NCBI GenBank assembly: GCA_902577945.1
Contig: CACHBB010000005.1
Location: forward strand, 666-64,665
Direction of reading: 5' to 3'
Origin: an uncultured Alphaproteobacteria bacterium
GTDB taxonomy: Bacteria > Pseudomonadota > Alphaproteobacteria > HIMB59 > GCA-002718135
Length of the DNA: 64,000 nt
Shown: positions 40,933 through 51,264 of the stretch, piece by piece
How positions within the stretch are numbered: position 1 is the stretch's first letter
Layout: each line of letters opens with the position of its first letter
Program-made: the position numbers and the translations under genes
Notes under the pieces: model-generated
Database searches by the model: none
What the model was told of the DNA's origin: nothing
Seen by the model: the letters and a program-made list of their open reading frames with translations, nothing else

Positions 40933-41832
40933 TTGTTTAATAGCAGTCTCTCAAAAGGCATATTTTTTACATGCATAGCATCAATTTTCTGGGGCTTACC
41001 ACAACCATTATTCTTTAATGAATTAAATCATATAAACACTCTTGAAGTAGTTTTACATAGAGGTTTCTGGTCTTTTATATTTTTGTTTGTAATACTTTTT
41101 TCAATTTCAAATATTTCCGAGTTTATAAATATCTTTAAATCACCTTATAAATTATTTATTTTAAGTATTACAGCAACTTTAATAGCGTCTAACTGGGGAG
41201 GCTTTATTTTTGCAGTAGGTGCAGAGAGAGTTCAAGATGCATCAATGGGATATTTTATTACTCCAATGATTAGTATTATTTTAGGATATTTATTTTTAAA
41301 TGAAAGAATAAGTAAACTAAAATTAATTGCAGTAATTCTAATGTTTTTAGCGATAAGTTTATTATTTTTTTATATGAATAGAGTGCCTTATTTAGTAATT
41401 GCCATAGGCACTACCTGGGCTATATATGGTCTGTTAAGAAAACAAATAAATGTAAGTCCTTCAATTGGGTTACTTTATGAATCATTCATAATTACTCTAA
41501 TTTCAATACCCTATTTATTTTATCTATATCAAAATGGTACAAGTAGTTTTTTAACCATTGATAATAAAACTACTTTATTTTTAATATTTACTGGAGCTGT
41601 TACAATTTTTCCATTATTTTTTTTTAATTTAGGTTTAAAATTTATACAATTGGGACTTGCAGGTGTAATATTTTATTTAGCACCATCCTTTCATTTTATT
41701 ACATCAGTTTTTATTTTAGGAGAAGAAATTCTTATTCCTAAACTTATTTCTTTTATAATTATATGGGTTGGTATTGTATTATATATTTATGATAGTTTAA
41801 ACAAACGTACTAACGTGAATAATATTCAATAA
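40933..41832 (+). CDS. rarD: EamA/RarD-family (DMT superfamily) permease
   Basis: 10 predicted TMs. N-terminal [19 protein letters not shown] resembles RarD. TTG start. Confidence 0.65.
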   Translation: MFNSSLSKGIFFTCIASIFWGLPQPLFFNELNHINTLEVVLHRGFWSFIFLFVILFSISNISEFINIFKSPYKLFILSITATLIASNWGGFIFAVGAERVQDASMGYFITPMISIILGYLFLNERISKLKLIAVILMFLAISLLFFYMNRVPYLVIAIGTTWAIYGLLRKQINVSPSIGLLYESFIITLISIPYLFYLYQNGTSSFLTIDNKTTLFLIFTGAVTIFPLFFFNLGLKFIQLGLAGVIFYLAPSFHFITSVFILGEEILIPKLISFIIIWVGIVLYIYDSLNKRTNVNNIQ

Positions 41833-42430
41833 CAAGATTTGGTTCCATGGTTACTGGGTAAGGTACATCATGTATTAATGGAGCTCTTAGAAAACGGCCT
41901 TTTAATTCTTTAACGTCAACTTCTAAGTATTCTGGTATTTCCCTTTCCTGTGAACTTATTGATTCTACTATTAAATTAATTTCTTTACTTTTATCTTTGA
42001 TCGAAATTTCATCACCATCACTAACACTAAAAGATGGAATATTAACTCTTTTACCATTAACTTTGACATGGCCATGATTTACCAATTGTCTGGCAGCAAA
42101 AATTGTGGGCACAAACTTCATTCTATAAACAGTAGCATCTAATCTTCTTTCTAAAAGTTCAATTAGAATTTGACTAGTATCACCTTTTGTATTTGAAGCC
42201 TTTTTAAAAATATTTCTAAATTGACGCTCAGTTAAATCTCCGTAATAAAATTTTAGTTTCTGTTTAGCAAATAATTGATTACCAAAGTCAGATAGTTTTT
42301 TTCTTTGCCCTTGAACACCATGTTGACCTGGTTTTGAGTTTCTTCTATTAAATGGGCTTTTTGGCCTACCCCAAAGGTTGACTCCCAATCTTCTGTCAAT
42401 TTTATATTTAGCGTTATGTCTTTTTGTCAT
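41810..42430 (-). CDS. rpsD: 30S ribosomal protein S4
   Basis: [22 protein letters not shown]-terminus. S4 RNA-binding domain [38 protein letters not shown]. Confidence 0.95.
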   Translation of the reverse strand: MTKRHNAKYKIDRRLGVNLWGRPKSPFNRRNSKPGQHGVQGQRKKLSDFGNQLFAKQKLKFYYGDLTERQFRNIFKKASNTKGDTSQILIELLERRLDATVYRMKFVPTIFAARQLVNHGHVKVNGKRVNIPSFSVSDGDEISIKDKSKEINLIVESISSQEREIPEYLEVDVKELKGRFLRAPLIHDVPYPVTMEPNLVIEYYSR

Positions 42431-42493
42431 TAATATCAGGCGTATATAGTGATTTAGAAATGTATGTCAAATTTAATATACCTTAAATTTGGC

Positions 42494-43204
42494 TTATTTT
42501 ATGAGTTTTTTTGTAATTCCCCATAAAGTCTGTAATTCTTTCTTAGTCAACGCTAATTTTGTAAAGATTGCGTAAATATTATTTTTCATATTCTCTTTTT
42601 TTTCTATTGGGGTAAAAAATTTCTTCTTATCTAAATTTTTTATTAGAAAATTAAAAAATTTTGATAATTGATGTTTATTAATATTATCTTTTTCAATTTC
42701 TATATTTTCAAGAGATTTTGAATTATTTAACTCAAATAATTTATAGCACATAACTGTAACAGCATGAGAGAGATTTAATGAATTACTCTGACTATTTGTT
42801 TTAATTGTGAAAATGATATCTGATAATCTTAAGTCTTCATTTGATAATCCCGAATTCTCTGGACCAAATAGAATTCCCAGTTTTTTATTGGAAATAATTT
42901 TTTTCTTAATAAATATAAAATCATTTTTGGATTTTTTCTCTAAGAATCTTTTTCTATTAGTAGTTGCAACTACATAAGTAAAATTTTTTAAAGCTGTCTC
43001 TAAATTTTTATAAACTTTTATATTTTTTAGAATTTTATCTGCCTTTTTTGCAGAATTGATCGATTTAGTATTTAACCAATTATCCCTAGGTGAAACTATG
43101 ATTAAATCTTTCAGTCCAAAATTATGCATTACCCGAGCAACCATCCCAATATTTTCTGGAAGTTGAGGCCTAACCAAAATTATGCTTGGATTTTTAAAAG
43201 TCAA
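42494..43204 (-). CDS. SpoU/TrmH-family RNA 2'-O-methyltransferase (TrmJ-like)
   Basis: ILVRPQLPENIGMVARVMHNFG, LFGPENSGLSNEDL and SLNLSHAV motifs of the SPOUT class. Confidence 0.7.
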   Translation of the reverse strand: MTFKNPSIILVRPQLPENIGMVARVMHNFGLKDLIIVSPRDNWLNTKSINSAKKADKILKNIKVYKNLETALKNFTYVVATTNRKRFLEKKSKNDFIFIKKKIISNKKLGILFGPENSGLSNEDLRLSDIIFTIKTNSQSNSLNLSHAVTVMCYKLFELNNSKSLENIEIEKDNINKHQLSKFFNFLIKNLDKKKFFTPIEKKENMKNNIYAIFTKLALTKKELQTLWGITKKLIK

Positions 43205-44787
43205 TTGTTTATCTTTAAATCATTAAATAACTTAAAAGTAATACTATCATAAATTGCACTATAAGAAGCATCTATTATGTTTGGTGATACACCAATAGTT
43301 GTCCAATGAGTATTTGTTGAGTCAGATGACTCAATCAAAACTCTAGTTATTGCACCAGTACCTTTTTCAGATGAAAGTATCATTACTTTATAATCAGTTA
43401 ATTTTAAATCTTTTAAAGTTGGGTAATAATCAATAAGGGCTTTTCTTATTGCACTATCAATTGCATTTACAGGGCCATTTCCAGTGCCAACTGTCATCAT
43501 ATTTGAATCTTTTACTTTTAAGAATATTGTTGCTTCTGCTTCTGTAACAATTTCTCCTTTAGCATTCCATCTTCGTTCATCAGTAACTCTAAATTTTTCT
43601 AAATTATAAAAATCTTTAAAATGCCCTAAGTGCCGTCTTACTAATATTTCAAAGCTTGCTAGAGCAGTATCAAAAGAATAACCTTCAGATTCTTTTTCCT
43701 TAATTATTTCTAAAATATTATTGATCTCATTTTTTGGTAATTCAATATTAATTTTATTTAATTGATTTAATATATTTGATCTTCCTGATTGATTAGAAAT
43801 TACAACATTTCTAGAATTACCGACTATTTCAGGTTCAATATGTTCATAAGTTGATGAATTTTTTTCTACAGCGGATGCATGCAATCCCCCTTTGTGAGAA
43901 AAAGCATGTTGACCAACATAAGGTGCATTTTTTCTTGATGGCATATTTAAAATATCATTTAAAGATCTAGAAACATGCATTAAATTCTTTAATTTTTCTT
44001 TTGAAATATTTGTTTTGTATTTTGTTTTTAAAACTAAAGATGGGATTAAAGAAATTAAATTTGTGTTTCCACATCTTTCTCCTAAGCCATTAATAGTTCC
44101 CTGTATTTGTCTTGCTCCAGCGTTAACAGCAGCTAATGCATTTGCAACAGCATTATCAGTATCATTATGAGCATGGATACCAACATTTTGACCAGGAATA
44201 ATCTTAACCACTTCTGATACAATATCATATATTTCATTTGGTAATGTGCCTCCATTTGTATCACAAAGTACTACCCATCTGGCTCCAGATTCATAGGCTG
44301 ATTTAATACAATTTAGTGCAAAATCTCTATTTTCCTTAAACCCATCAAAAAAATGCTCTGCATCAAAAATTGGTTCTTTGTGTTTACTTTTTATGGAATG
44401 AATACTTTCACTGATCATTTTTATATTTTCATCCTCAGATATTTCTAGTGCATTTTTTACATGAAATAATGATGATTTACCTACGATACAAACACAACTT
44501 GCACTTGAATTAATTAGAGCATTTAAACCTGGATCATTGTCAGCACTTCTACCTGGTCGTCTGGTCATACCAAAAGCTGTTAACTTACTTTTTTCAAATT
44601 TAGTCTTTCTTGAAAAAAAATCATTATCTGTAGGATTTGCACCAGGCCATCCACCTTCAATATAATCAATTCCTAAATCGTCAAGTTGTTGGGATATAGT
44701 CATTTTATCACTAACAGAAAAATTAACTCCTGTAGTTTGCTGTCCATCTCTTAGAGTGGTGTCAAATAAATATACTTTATCTTCCAT
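43201..44787 (-). CDS. cimA: (R)-citramalate synthase (LeuA/HMGL-like family, CimA type)
   Basis: LFDTTLRDGQQT, HAHNDTDNAVAN and a C-terminal regulatory domain. A 528-aa architecture without the long LeuA N-terminus. Distinguishing it from 2-isopropylmalate synthase needs alignment. Confidence 0.7.
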   Translation of the reverse strand: MEDKVYLFDTTLRDGQQTTGVNFSVSDKMTISQQLDDLGIDYIEGGWPGANPTDNDFFSRKTKFEKSKLTAFGMTRRPGRSADNDPGLNALINSSASCVCIVGKSSLFHVKNALEISEDENIKMISESIHSIKSKHKEPIFDAEHFFDGFKENRDFALNCIKSAYESGARWVVLCDTNGGTLPNEIYDIVSEVVKIIPGQNVGIHAHNDTDNAVANALAAVNAGARQIQGTINGLGERCGNTNLISLIPSLVLKTKYKTNISKEKLKNLMHVSRSLNDILNMPSRKNAPYVGQHAFSHKGGLHASAVEKNSSTYEHIEPEIVGNSRNVVISNQSGRSNILNQLNKINIELPKNEINNILEIIKEKESEGYSFDTALASFEILVRRHLGHFKDFYNLEKFRVTDERRWNAKGEIVTEAEATIFLKVKDSNMMTVGTGNGPVNAIDSAIRKALIDYYPTLKDLKLTDYKVMILSSEKGTGAITRVLIESSDSTNTHWTTIGVSPNIIDASYSAIYDSITFKLFNDLKINN

Positions 44788-44824
44788 AATTATAGAGAGC
44801 TAATAAAGAATAAATTAAAATTTA

Positions 44825-46180
44825 CTAGATTTTTCCAAGTTTTTGCAAAATTCCGTTTCTATTGAACAGTGGGAGTAGATATTTTAGTTCAGGTCCGTGA
44901 GATTTTCCTGTTAAAATTAACCGTAAGGGCATAAATAAATTCTTTCCTTTTAGGCCAGTTTTATTATTAATTTTAGATGTCCAAGTATCCCAAGTATTTT
45001 CATCAAAAGGATCTTCAGGTAATTCATCGATTGCAGTATTGATAAAGCTATCATCAATATCAAAATCATTAGGATTATTTATTTTAGTTATTACTTGCTC
45101 CCAATCTTTAGACTCTTTCATAAATGAGATATTGTTTTTAATAAAATGCCAAAAAATCTCTTTCTTAAAACTAGGATCTATATTGTATAACTTTTGACTA
45201 GCTTCATTAAAACTAAACAACTTTATAGTATTTTCATTTAGATTTTTTAGAGATTCAACTGAAAATTTTGCAGAAGATTTAGATAAATTTTGAATGTCAA
45301 ATTTATTTATTATCTCATTTATATCCTTAATTGGATTAATGTTACTGCTCGAACCAAGAAAAAGAAAGTAATTCAATAAAGTAATATTTTCATATCCTTC
45401 ATTTCTAAAATTTTCAATTGATAAGCTCCCAAGCCTTTTGCTAAAACCTTTGCCAGTTTCATCAACTAAGAACGGATGATGAGCAAATAAAGGAATTGAT
45501 GCTTCAAGTGCTTTAAAGATTTGAATGTGATAAGCAGTATTAGCTATATGATCTTCACCTCTAATTATATGTGTAATCTGTTCTTCTATATCATCTATTA
45601 CTGATGGCAAATGATATAACAAAGTTCCATCAGCTCTAATTAAAACAGGGTCACTTAAATTTTTAGAATCAAATGATACATCCCCTTTAATAATATCGTG
45701 CCAATTAATCGTTTCATCTTCTAATTTAAATCTCCAATAAGGCTTGGCTCCAGATTTGATTTTTTGTTCTATATCTTGAGCAGTCAAACTTAATGATGAT
45801 CTGTCATAAATAGGTGGCTTGCCTGACGAGAGTAATGCTTTTTTCTTTAAAGCAAGTTCTTCCTCTGTTTCAAAACAAGGATAAAGTCTTTTTTTATCTT
45901 TTAAAATTTGAATTTTTTTATTGTAAATAGTATTTCTAGTAGACTGATTAAATGAATAATCCCAATTTAAACCAATCCACTCAAGATCATTTTTAATGCT
46001 TAACTCAAATTCTTTTGAACTTCTTATACTATCAGTATCATCAATTCTTAATACAAATTCACCATTGTTTTTTTTGCAATATATCCAATTCAATATTGCT
46101 GATCTAGCATTACCAATATGAATTTTTCCTGTAGGGCTGGGTGCAAACCTACACTTCATTTTATTCTTTTGGAAATTCAC
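44825..46180 (-). CDS. gltX: Glutamate--tRNA ligase
   Basis: RFAPSPTGKIHIGNARSA (HIGH-type) and GKGFSKRLGS (KMSKS-type) motifs. 451 aa. Confidence 0.9.
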   Translation of the reverse strand: MNFQKNKMKCRFAPSPTGKIHIGNARSAILNWIYCKKNNGEFVLRIDDTDSIRSSKEFELSIKNDLEWIGLNWDYSFNQSTRNTIYNKKIQILKDKKRLYPCFETEEELALKKKALLSSGKPPIYDRSSLSLTAQDIEQKIKSGAKPYWRFKLEDETINWHDIIKGDVSFDSKNLSDPVLIRADGTLLYHLPSVIDDIEEQITHIIRGEDHIANTAYHIQIFKALEASIPLFAHHPFLVDETGKGFSKRLGSLSIENFRNEGYENITLLNYFLFLGSSSNINPIKDINEIINKFDIQNLSKSSAKFSVESLKNLNENTIKLFSFNEASQKLYNIDPSFKKEIFWHFIKNNISFMKESKDWEQVITKINNPNDFDIDDSFINTAIDELPEDPFDENTWDTWTSKINNKTGLKGKNLFMPLRLILTGKSHGPELKYLLPLFNRNGILQKLGKI

Positions 46181-46901
46181 AAACTGGAATGGGTTTCATC
46201 TTATGGAGGTTAGGTTTGCGAATTTCTTCATATTTTTTGTAGTATTTACTTGTTTTATTTTCCATTGCTTCTTCTAATTGTTTATATGATAATCCAAGTT
46301 GGCTTTCATCATTTCTACTATCATCCCATAAACCATCTGTTGGAGCTGCGCTAATAATATCTTTTATAACACCAATTTCTTTAGCTAATTCCCAAACTTC
46401 AGACTTTGTGCAATCAGCAATTGGGGAAATATCTACTCCTCCGTCACCGTACTTAGTATAAAATCCAACACCAAAGTCTTCAACTTTATTTCCAGTACCA
46501 ACAACTAATCCATTGTTACTTTGAGCTATTTGATAAAGAGTTACCATCCTAAGTCTAGATCTTGAGTTTGCAAAAGCTAGTTCGCTATCAAAATTTTCCA
46601 TTGTATCTTGAAAAATTTTGAAAACATTATCTAACTCAACTATTTTTGTTTCTACATTTGGGAAATTTTTCTTTAAAAAATCTAAGTGCCTTAAGCTTAA
46701 ATCATGTTGTGAAGAATTTTGTTTTATAGGCATTGAAATGGCAATGGTTTTTAAGCCTGTTTTCGCACATAGTGTACTTGTAAGAGCTGAGTCTACACCA
46801 CCTGAAACACCAATTACAAGTGTAACCGGTTTATTGTTTATAGATAACGCATAATTTTTGATCCAATCAACAATAAATAAAATTTTATTCTTAGTATTCA
46901 T
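46161..46901 (-). CDS. nadE: NH3-dependent NAD+ synthetase
   Basis: PP-loop GVSGGVDSAL. GTGNKVEDFGVGFYTKYGDGG. No glutaminase domain. Confidence 0.85.
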   Translation of the reverse strand: MNTKNKILFIVDWIKNYALSINNKPVTLVIGVSGGVDSALTSTLCAKTGLKTIAISMPIKQNSSQHDLSLRHLDFLKKNFPNVETKIVELDNVFKIFQDTMENFDSELAFANSRSRLRMVTLYQIAQSNNGLVVGTGNKVEDFGVGFYTKYGDGGVDISPIADCTKSEVWELAKEIGVIKDIISAAPTDGLWDDSRNDESQLGLSYKQLEEAMENKTSKYYKKYEEIRKPNLHKMKPIPVCEFPKE

Positions 46902-46922
46902 AATTATTATATAAATATAAAT

Positions 46923-48296
46923 TTACAAATTTGAAGATTGCTTTGAAAGTAATTTTTCTTCCTTTAAATAATCTGATAATAAAAAAGCCAATTCTAATGC
47001 CTGAGAGGCATTTAGTCTCGGATCACAATAAGTATGATATCTGTTTTTAAGATCTTCATCAGTTATCTCTTGCAATCCTCCCATGCACTCCGTAACATCT
47101 TGACCAGTCATTTCAAGATGCACTCCACCTGGGTAAGTATCTTGACTTTTATGAATTTGAAAAAACTGCTGAATTTCAGAAATTATATCTTTTAAAGGTC
47201 TAGTTTTAAATCCTGTACTAGATTTAATTGTATTTCCATGCATCGGATCACAAGTCCATACAACATTTTTACCTTCCTTTTTTACTGATTTAATTATTTT
47301 AGGAAGTATGCTACTTACTTTTTCATGACCCATTCTGCATATTAATGTTATTCTACCTGCGTGATTATCTGGGTTTAATACATCTAAAATTTTAAGAAGT
47401 TCGTCAGTTTTAGTGGTTGGACCTACTTTAATGCCTAAAGGGTTTTCGATACCTTTCAAAAATTCAATATGAGCTCCATCTAAATGTCTTGTTCTATCAC
47501 CAACCCATAACATGTGAGCGGAAACATCATACCATTTACCAGTAGTGCTATCAACTCTTGTTAGCGCCTCTTCATATTGTAAGAGCAGTGCTTCATGGCT
47601 TGTAAAAAAATCTGTTTCATTAAGCTGTCTAACACTATCACCATTAATGCCGCAAGCTTCCATGAAGGATAAACATTCATCAATTCTTGAAGAAATTTCT
47701 TGAAATTTAACAGCATTTTCATCCTTAACAAAATTTAAGTTCCATTGGTGAATCTTATTTAAATTTGCAAAACCACCTTGAGAAAATGCTCTTAATAGAT
47801 TTAATGTTGAAGCTGATTGATTGTAGGCTTTTATAAGTCTGTTTGGATCAGGATTTCTATCTCTTTCATTGAAATCTATCCCATTAATTATATCACCTTT
47901 GTAAGATTCTAATTCAATATTATTAAAAACTTCTGTAGGTGCAGACCTTGGTTTTGCAAATTGACCCGCTATCCTTCCAACTTTTACAACAGGACAAGAA
48001 GCTCCAAATGTCAACACTACTGCCATTTGTAGTATAACCTTAAATGTATCTCTTATGTTATTAGGATGAAAATCTGCAAAACTTTCTGCGCAATCACCGC
48101 CTTGTAATAAAAATGCATTACCATTCGATACTTCTGCTAATTTCTCTTTAAGCAATCTTGCTTCACCAGCAAAAACTAGAGGTGGAAATTTAGAAATCTC
48201 CTTCAGAGTTTTATTTAAAAGAGGCTCATCAAGATATTTAGGCATATGAGATGCCTCTTTTTTTCTCCAACTAGATGGTGACCAACTCTTTTTCAT
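46923..48296 (-). CDS. 3-deoxy-7-phosphoheptulonate (DAHP) synthase, class II (plant-like)
   Basis: 457 aa. WSPSSWR N-terminus, GDCAESF, GRIAGQFAKPRS and CDPMHGNT motifs. Confidence 0.9.
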   Translation of the reverse strand: MKKSWSPSSWRKKEASHMPKYLDEPLLNKTLKEISKFPPLVFAGEARLLKEKLAEVSNGNAFLLQGGDCAESFADFHPNNIRDTFKVILQMAVVLTFGASCPVVKVGRIAGQFAKPRSAPTEVFNNIELESYKGDIINGIDFNERDRNPDPNRLIKAYNQSASTLNLLRAFSQGGFANLNKIHQWNLNFVKDENAVKFQEISSRIDECLSFMEACGINGDSVRQLNETDFFTSHEALLLQYEEALTRVDSTTGKWYDVSAHMLWVGDRTRHLDGAHIEFLKGIENPLGIKVGPTTKTDELLKILDVLNPDNHAGRITLICRMGHEKVSSILPKIIKSVKKEGKNVVWTCDPMHGNTIKSSTGFKTRPLKDIISEIQQFFQIHKSQDTYPGGVHLEMTGQDVTECMGGLQEITDEDLKNRYHTYCDPRLNASQALELAFLLSDYLKEEKLLSKQSSNL

Positions 48297-48347
48297 AAGT
48301 AAAAAAGCTAATAAACTCTAAGTTAATTAGACACAAGATATATATTA

Positions 48348-49643
48348 TTATCGTCTTTTATTCCTTATTATTTTAAGATCTGATCGTTCTAAAGCTAATG
48401 ATTCTTTTGGTACATTTTTAGTAATTACACTACCTGCACCTATTATAGATTTTGATTGAATTACTAATGGAGCAATTAATGAGGTATTCGAACCCACAAA
48501 AACCTTATCTTTTATTATAGTTTTGTACTTATTTTTTCCATCAAAATTGCATGTAATTGAACCAGCTCCGATATTAACATTGTTCCCAACTAAAGCATCA
48601 CCAACATATGATAAATGTGCAATTGATACTTTTTTTCCAATTTTAGAGTTTTTAATTTCAACAAAATTTCCAATTTTAGTATTTTCACCTATTGTAGATT
48701 TTGGTCTTATTCTAGCATTTGGTCCAATAGTGCAATTTTCTTTTATAGTTACTCCTTCTAAATAAGAATTACTTTTAATTATCACTCCTTTTTTTATTAC
48801 TGTTTTTTCTTTTATTGTAACATTGCTTTCAATCAATACTGATGGCTCAATCTTAGTATCGTAACTTAAATAACAAGTCTCAGGTTTTAAAAAATTTACA
48901 CCATTATTTATAAACTTTTCAATATATTTTTTCTGAAGAATCTTATTAACTTTATCATAATCTTGAAGAGTATTTATGCCAAGCATTTCGTTTTCAGAAC
49001 ATTCTATAAAGTTAGTATGAATTTTATTTTCATAAAGTATTTTTAAAAGATCAGGTAGATATCTCTCTTTTTTAGTATTGTTTTTTTTAATTTTTTTTAA
49101 ATTATCAAATAATATTTTTTTGTTAGCTATTAAAATCCCAGAATTACATAAATTTATTTTCTTTTGAAATGATTTAAGATTAATTTGTTCAATTATTTCA
49201 ATAAGTTGATTCTTATTAGTTATAATCCTTCCATATCCAAAAGGATTTGGTGTTCTAAAGGCAATTAGTGAAGATTTTGCTTTTGAAGAAGAATATTTTC
49301 TTATTAATTTTTTTAAACTTATTACACTAATAAGTGGTACATCGCCAAATAATATTAACACATTACTTGTATCAATTTTATTTTTTGATTTTTCTATAGC
49401 ATCTGCAGTACCATTTTGTTTATCTTGGATTACAAATTTACAATCACTATGAATAGATTTAATTTCATTAATATTTTTGTTATTGCATACAAAAACAATT
49501 TTCTTTCCTGATATTTTTTTTGCTACTGAATATACGTGAGATATAATCGGCAATCCACAAAGAGGATATAAAAGTTTTGATTTCTGAGCTTTAAAACGTG
49601 TACTGTTACCGGCAGCAAGTATAACAGTAGTAATATCAGACAT
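48348..49643 (-). CDS. glmU: Bifunctional GlcNAc-1-P uridyltransferase / GlcN-1-P acetyltransferase GlmU
   Basis: N-terminal ILAAGNSTRF nucleotidyltransferase motif. C-terminal left-handed beta-helix hexapeptide repeats (IG.N..IG...). Confidence 0.9.
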   Translation of the reverse strand: MSDITTVILAAGNSTRFKAQKSKLLYPLCGLPIISHVYSVAKKISGKKIVFVCNNKNINEIKSIHSDCKFVIQDKQNGTADAIEKSKNKIDTSNVLILFGDVPLISVISLKKLIRKYSSSKAKSSLIAFRTPNPFGYGRIITNKNQLIEIIEQINLKSFQKKINLCNSGILIANKKILFDNLKKIKKNNTKKERYLPDLLKILYENKIHTNFIECSENEMLGINTLQDYDKVNKILQKKYIEKFINNGVNFLKPETCYLSYDTKIEPSVLIESNVTIKEKTVIKKGVIIKSNSYLEGVTIKENCTIGPNARIRPKSTIGENTKIGNFVEIKNSKIGKKVSIAHLSYVGDALVGNNVNIGAGSITCNFDGKNKYKTIIKDKVFVGSNTSLIAPLVIQSKSIIGAGSVITKNVPKESLALERSDLKIIRNKRR

Positions 49644-49647
49644 TAAA

Positions 49648-50280
49648 TTAAAAATTCCTTAGAATTTCATTACCTATATTAATTATTTCTTTTGCTGCAT
49701 CAGAAGTAACACTAATATCAACGACGCCTCTGCCTACAGAGAAAGTTTCAGCAAAAATAACTTTACTAGATAATCTTGATCGAGCAATTTTAGCTCCAGC
49801 GTATCTTAATCTTAAAATCATTGCATCTGTAAGCTTTGCTCTAGGCATTACTCTATTAAGAATGATTATCGGATTTTTTCTTTCTTGTTTAGCTATTTTT
49901 AAAAATGGCAATGTTGCCATTAAATCAACAGGGCTTGGTTGAACAGGAACAAAAACACGATCAGATGCTTTAACTACTTGCATGGTTTCAAATGTTATTG
50001 AGGGTGGACTATCTATTATAATAAAATCATATTTTCTTTTAATTAATTTTATTTCATCAATTAAATTTCTAATATCAAAATTAAGCTGTGTTATACCAAT
50101 ATCATCTTCGCCATAATAACTTTTCCTTGCATTTAACCAGTATGTTAAGCTTTGCTGGGCATCTGCATCTATAACTGCTACTTTATATCCACTATTACTC
50201 CATAAGACTGATAAGTTAGCAGATAATGTAGATTTACCAGAACCACCTTTTTGATTTGAAAATGCTATTACTTTACCCAT
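49648..50280 (-). CDS. Small ParA/MinD-family P-loop ATPase (type Ib ParA-like), with no adjacent ParB/ParG partner
   Basis: Deviant Walker A SNQKGGSGKSTLS, IIIDSPP Walker B-like. 210 aa with no N-terminal HTH extension. Confidence 0.7.
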   Translation of the reverse strand: MGKVIAFSNQKGGSGKSTLSANLSVLWSNSGYKVAVIDADAQQSLTYWLNARKSYYGEDDIGITQLNFDIRNLIDEIKLIKRKYDFIIIDSPPSITFETMQVVKASDRVFVPVQPSPVDLMATLPFLKIAKQERKNPIIILNRVMPRAKLTDAMILRLRYAGAKIARSRLSSKVIFAETFSVGRGVVDISVTSDAAKEIINIGNEILRNF

Positions 50281-50335
50281 AATAATAATTGATATTAACT
50301 ATTTTGTAGATAATGGGAAGAAATTATAAAAAAAT

Positions 50336-51262
50336 ATGACCAAAAACAAGATTGAAAATGCGAAAAAGTTATTGCGTAGTGGAGAACTTGTAATTTTTCC
50401 TACAGAAACTGTTTATGGATTGGGTGGCAATGCTTGTGATCAAAATGCAATTAAAAAAATTTATAATATTAAAAAAAGACCTGCTAATAATCCTATTATT
50501 TGCCATTTTGCAAATATCAAAGATATTATGGAAAATTTTCATTTAAATGAACTCGAGAAATCATTAGCAAATAAATTATGGCCTGGTCCAATCACTCTAA
50601 TATTAAAGAAAAAAAATATTTCAAAAATTTCAAGTTTAGTATCAAATCAATCAACTTATGTTGGTTGTAGAATACCAAAAAATGAGATTGCTTTAAAAAT
50701 ATTAAAAGGCTTAAATTTCCCAGTAGCTGCTCCAAGTGCAAATTTTTCAGAAAGAACGTCAGTCACAAAATTTGAAGATTTAGATGAAAAATTAATTAAA
50801 AAAGTTTTTACAATTAAAGGAAAGCAATCAAAATTCGGTTTAGAGTCCACTGTTATAAAAGTTAAAAAAAATAATATTGAAGTATTACGATTTGGGAGTA
50901 TTGCACCAGATTTAATTTTGAAAGTAGCTAATAAATCAAAGATTAAATTTATTACAAAGTCTAAAATTGCTCCTGGTAATTTAAAAAAACACTACGCAAC
51001 AAAGAAAAAAATAAGAATAAATATTAAAAGAGTTAAAGATGGTGAAGGTTTAATCAATTTTGGTAAAAATAATTTGAAGTCGAAAATTATAAATTTAAAT
51101 TTAAGTAAAAATGGCAATTTAAAAGAAGCTAGTAGAAATCTATTTCATTTTTTGCATAGATTAGATCAAAGCAAATGTAAAAAAATAGCTATTGCTCCAA
51201 TTCCAAATATTGATCTTGGGCTAACAATAAATGACAGAATTAAAAGAGCGAGTAAAAAATAA
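50336..51262 (+). CDS. tsaC: L-threonylcarbamoyladenylate synthase (Sua5/YwlC type; YrdC plus Sua5 domains)
   Basis: VIFPTETVYGLGGNA, KKRPANNPIICH and SANFS motifs plus a ~100-aa C-terminal Sua5 domain. Confidence 0.85.
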   Translation: MTKNKIENAKKLLRSGELVIFPTETVYGLGGNACDQNAIKKIYNIKKRPANNPIICHFANIKDIMENFHLNELEKSLANKLWPGPITLILKKKNISKISSLVSNQSTYVGCRIPKNEIALKILKGLNFPVAAPSANFSERTSVTKFEDLDEKLIKKVFTIKGKQSKFGLESTVIKVKKNNIEVLRFGSIAPDLILKVANKSKIKFITKSKIAPGNLKKHYATKKKIRINIKRVKDGEGLINFGKNNLKSKIINLNLSKNGNLKEASRNLFHFLHRLDQSKCKKIAIAPIPNIDLGLTINDRIKRASKK

Positions 51263-51264
51263 AA

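Noticed and set aside
43201-44787. Considered calling this gene leuA (2-isopropylmalate synthase)
   Set aside because: Its length (528 aa) and N-terminus (starting directly at LFDTTLRDGQQ) fit the citramalate synthase (CimA) subgroup better. The distinction still needs alignment or phylogeny, so confidence is kept moderate.
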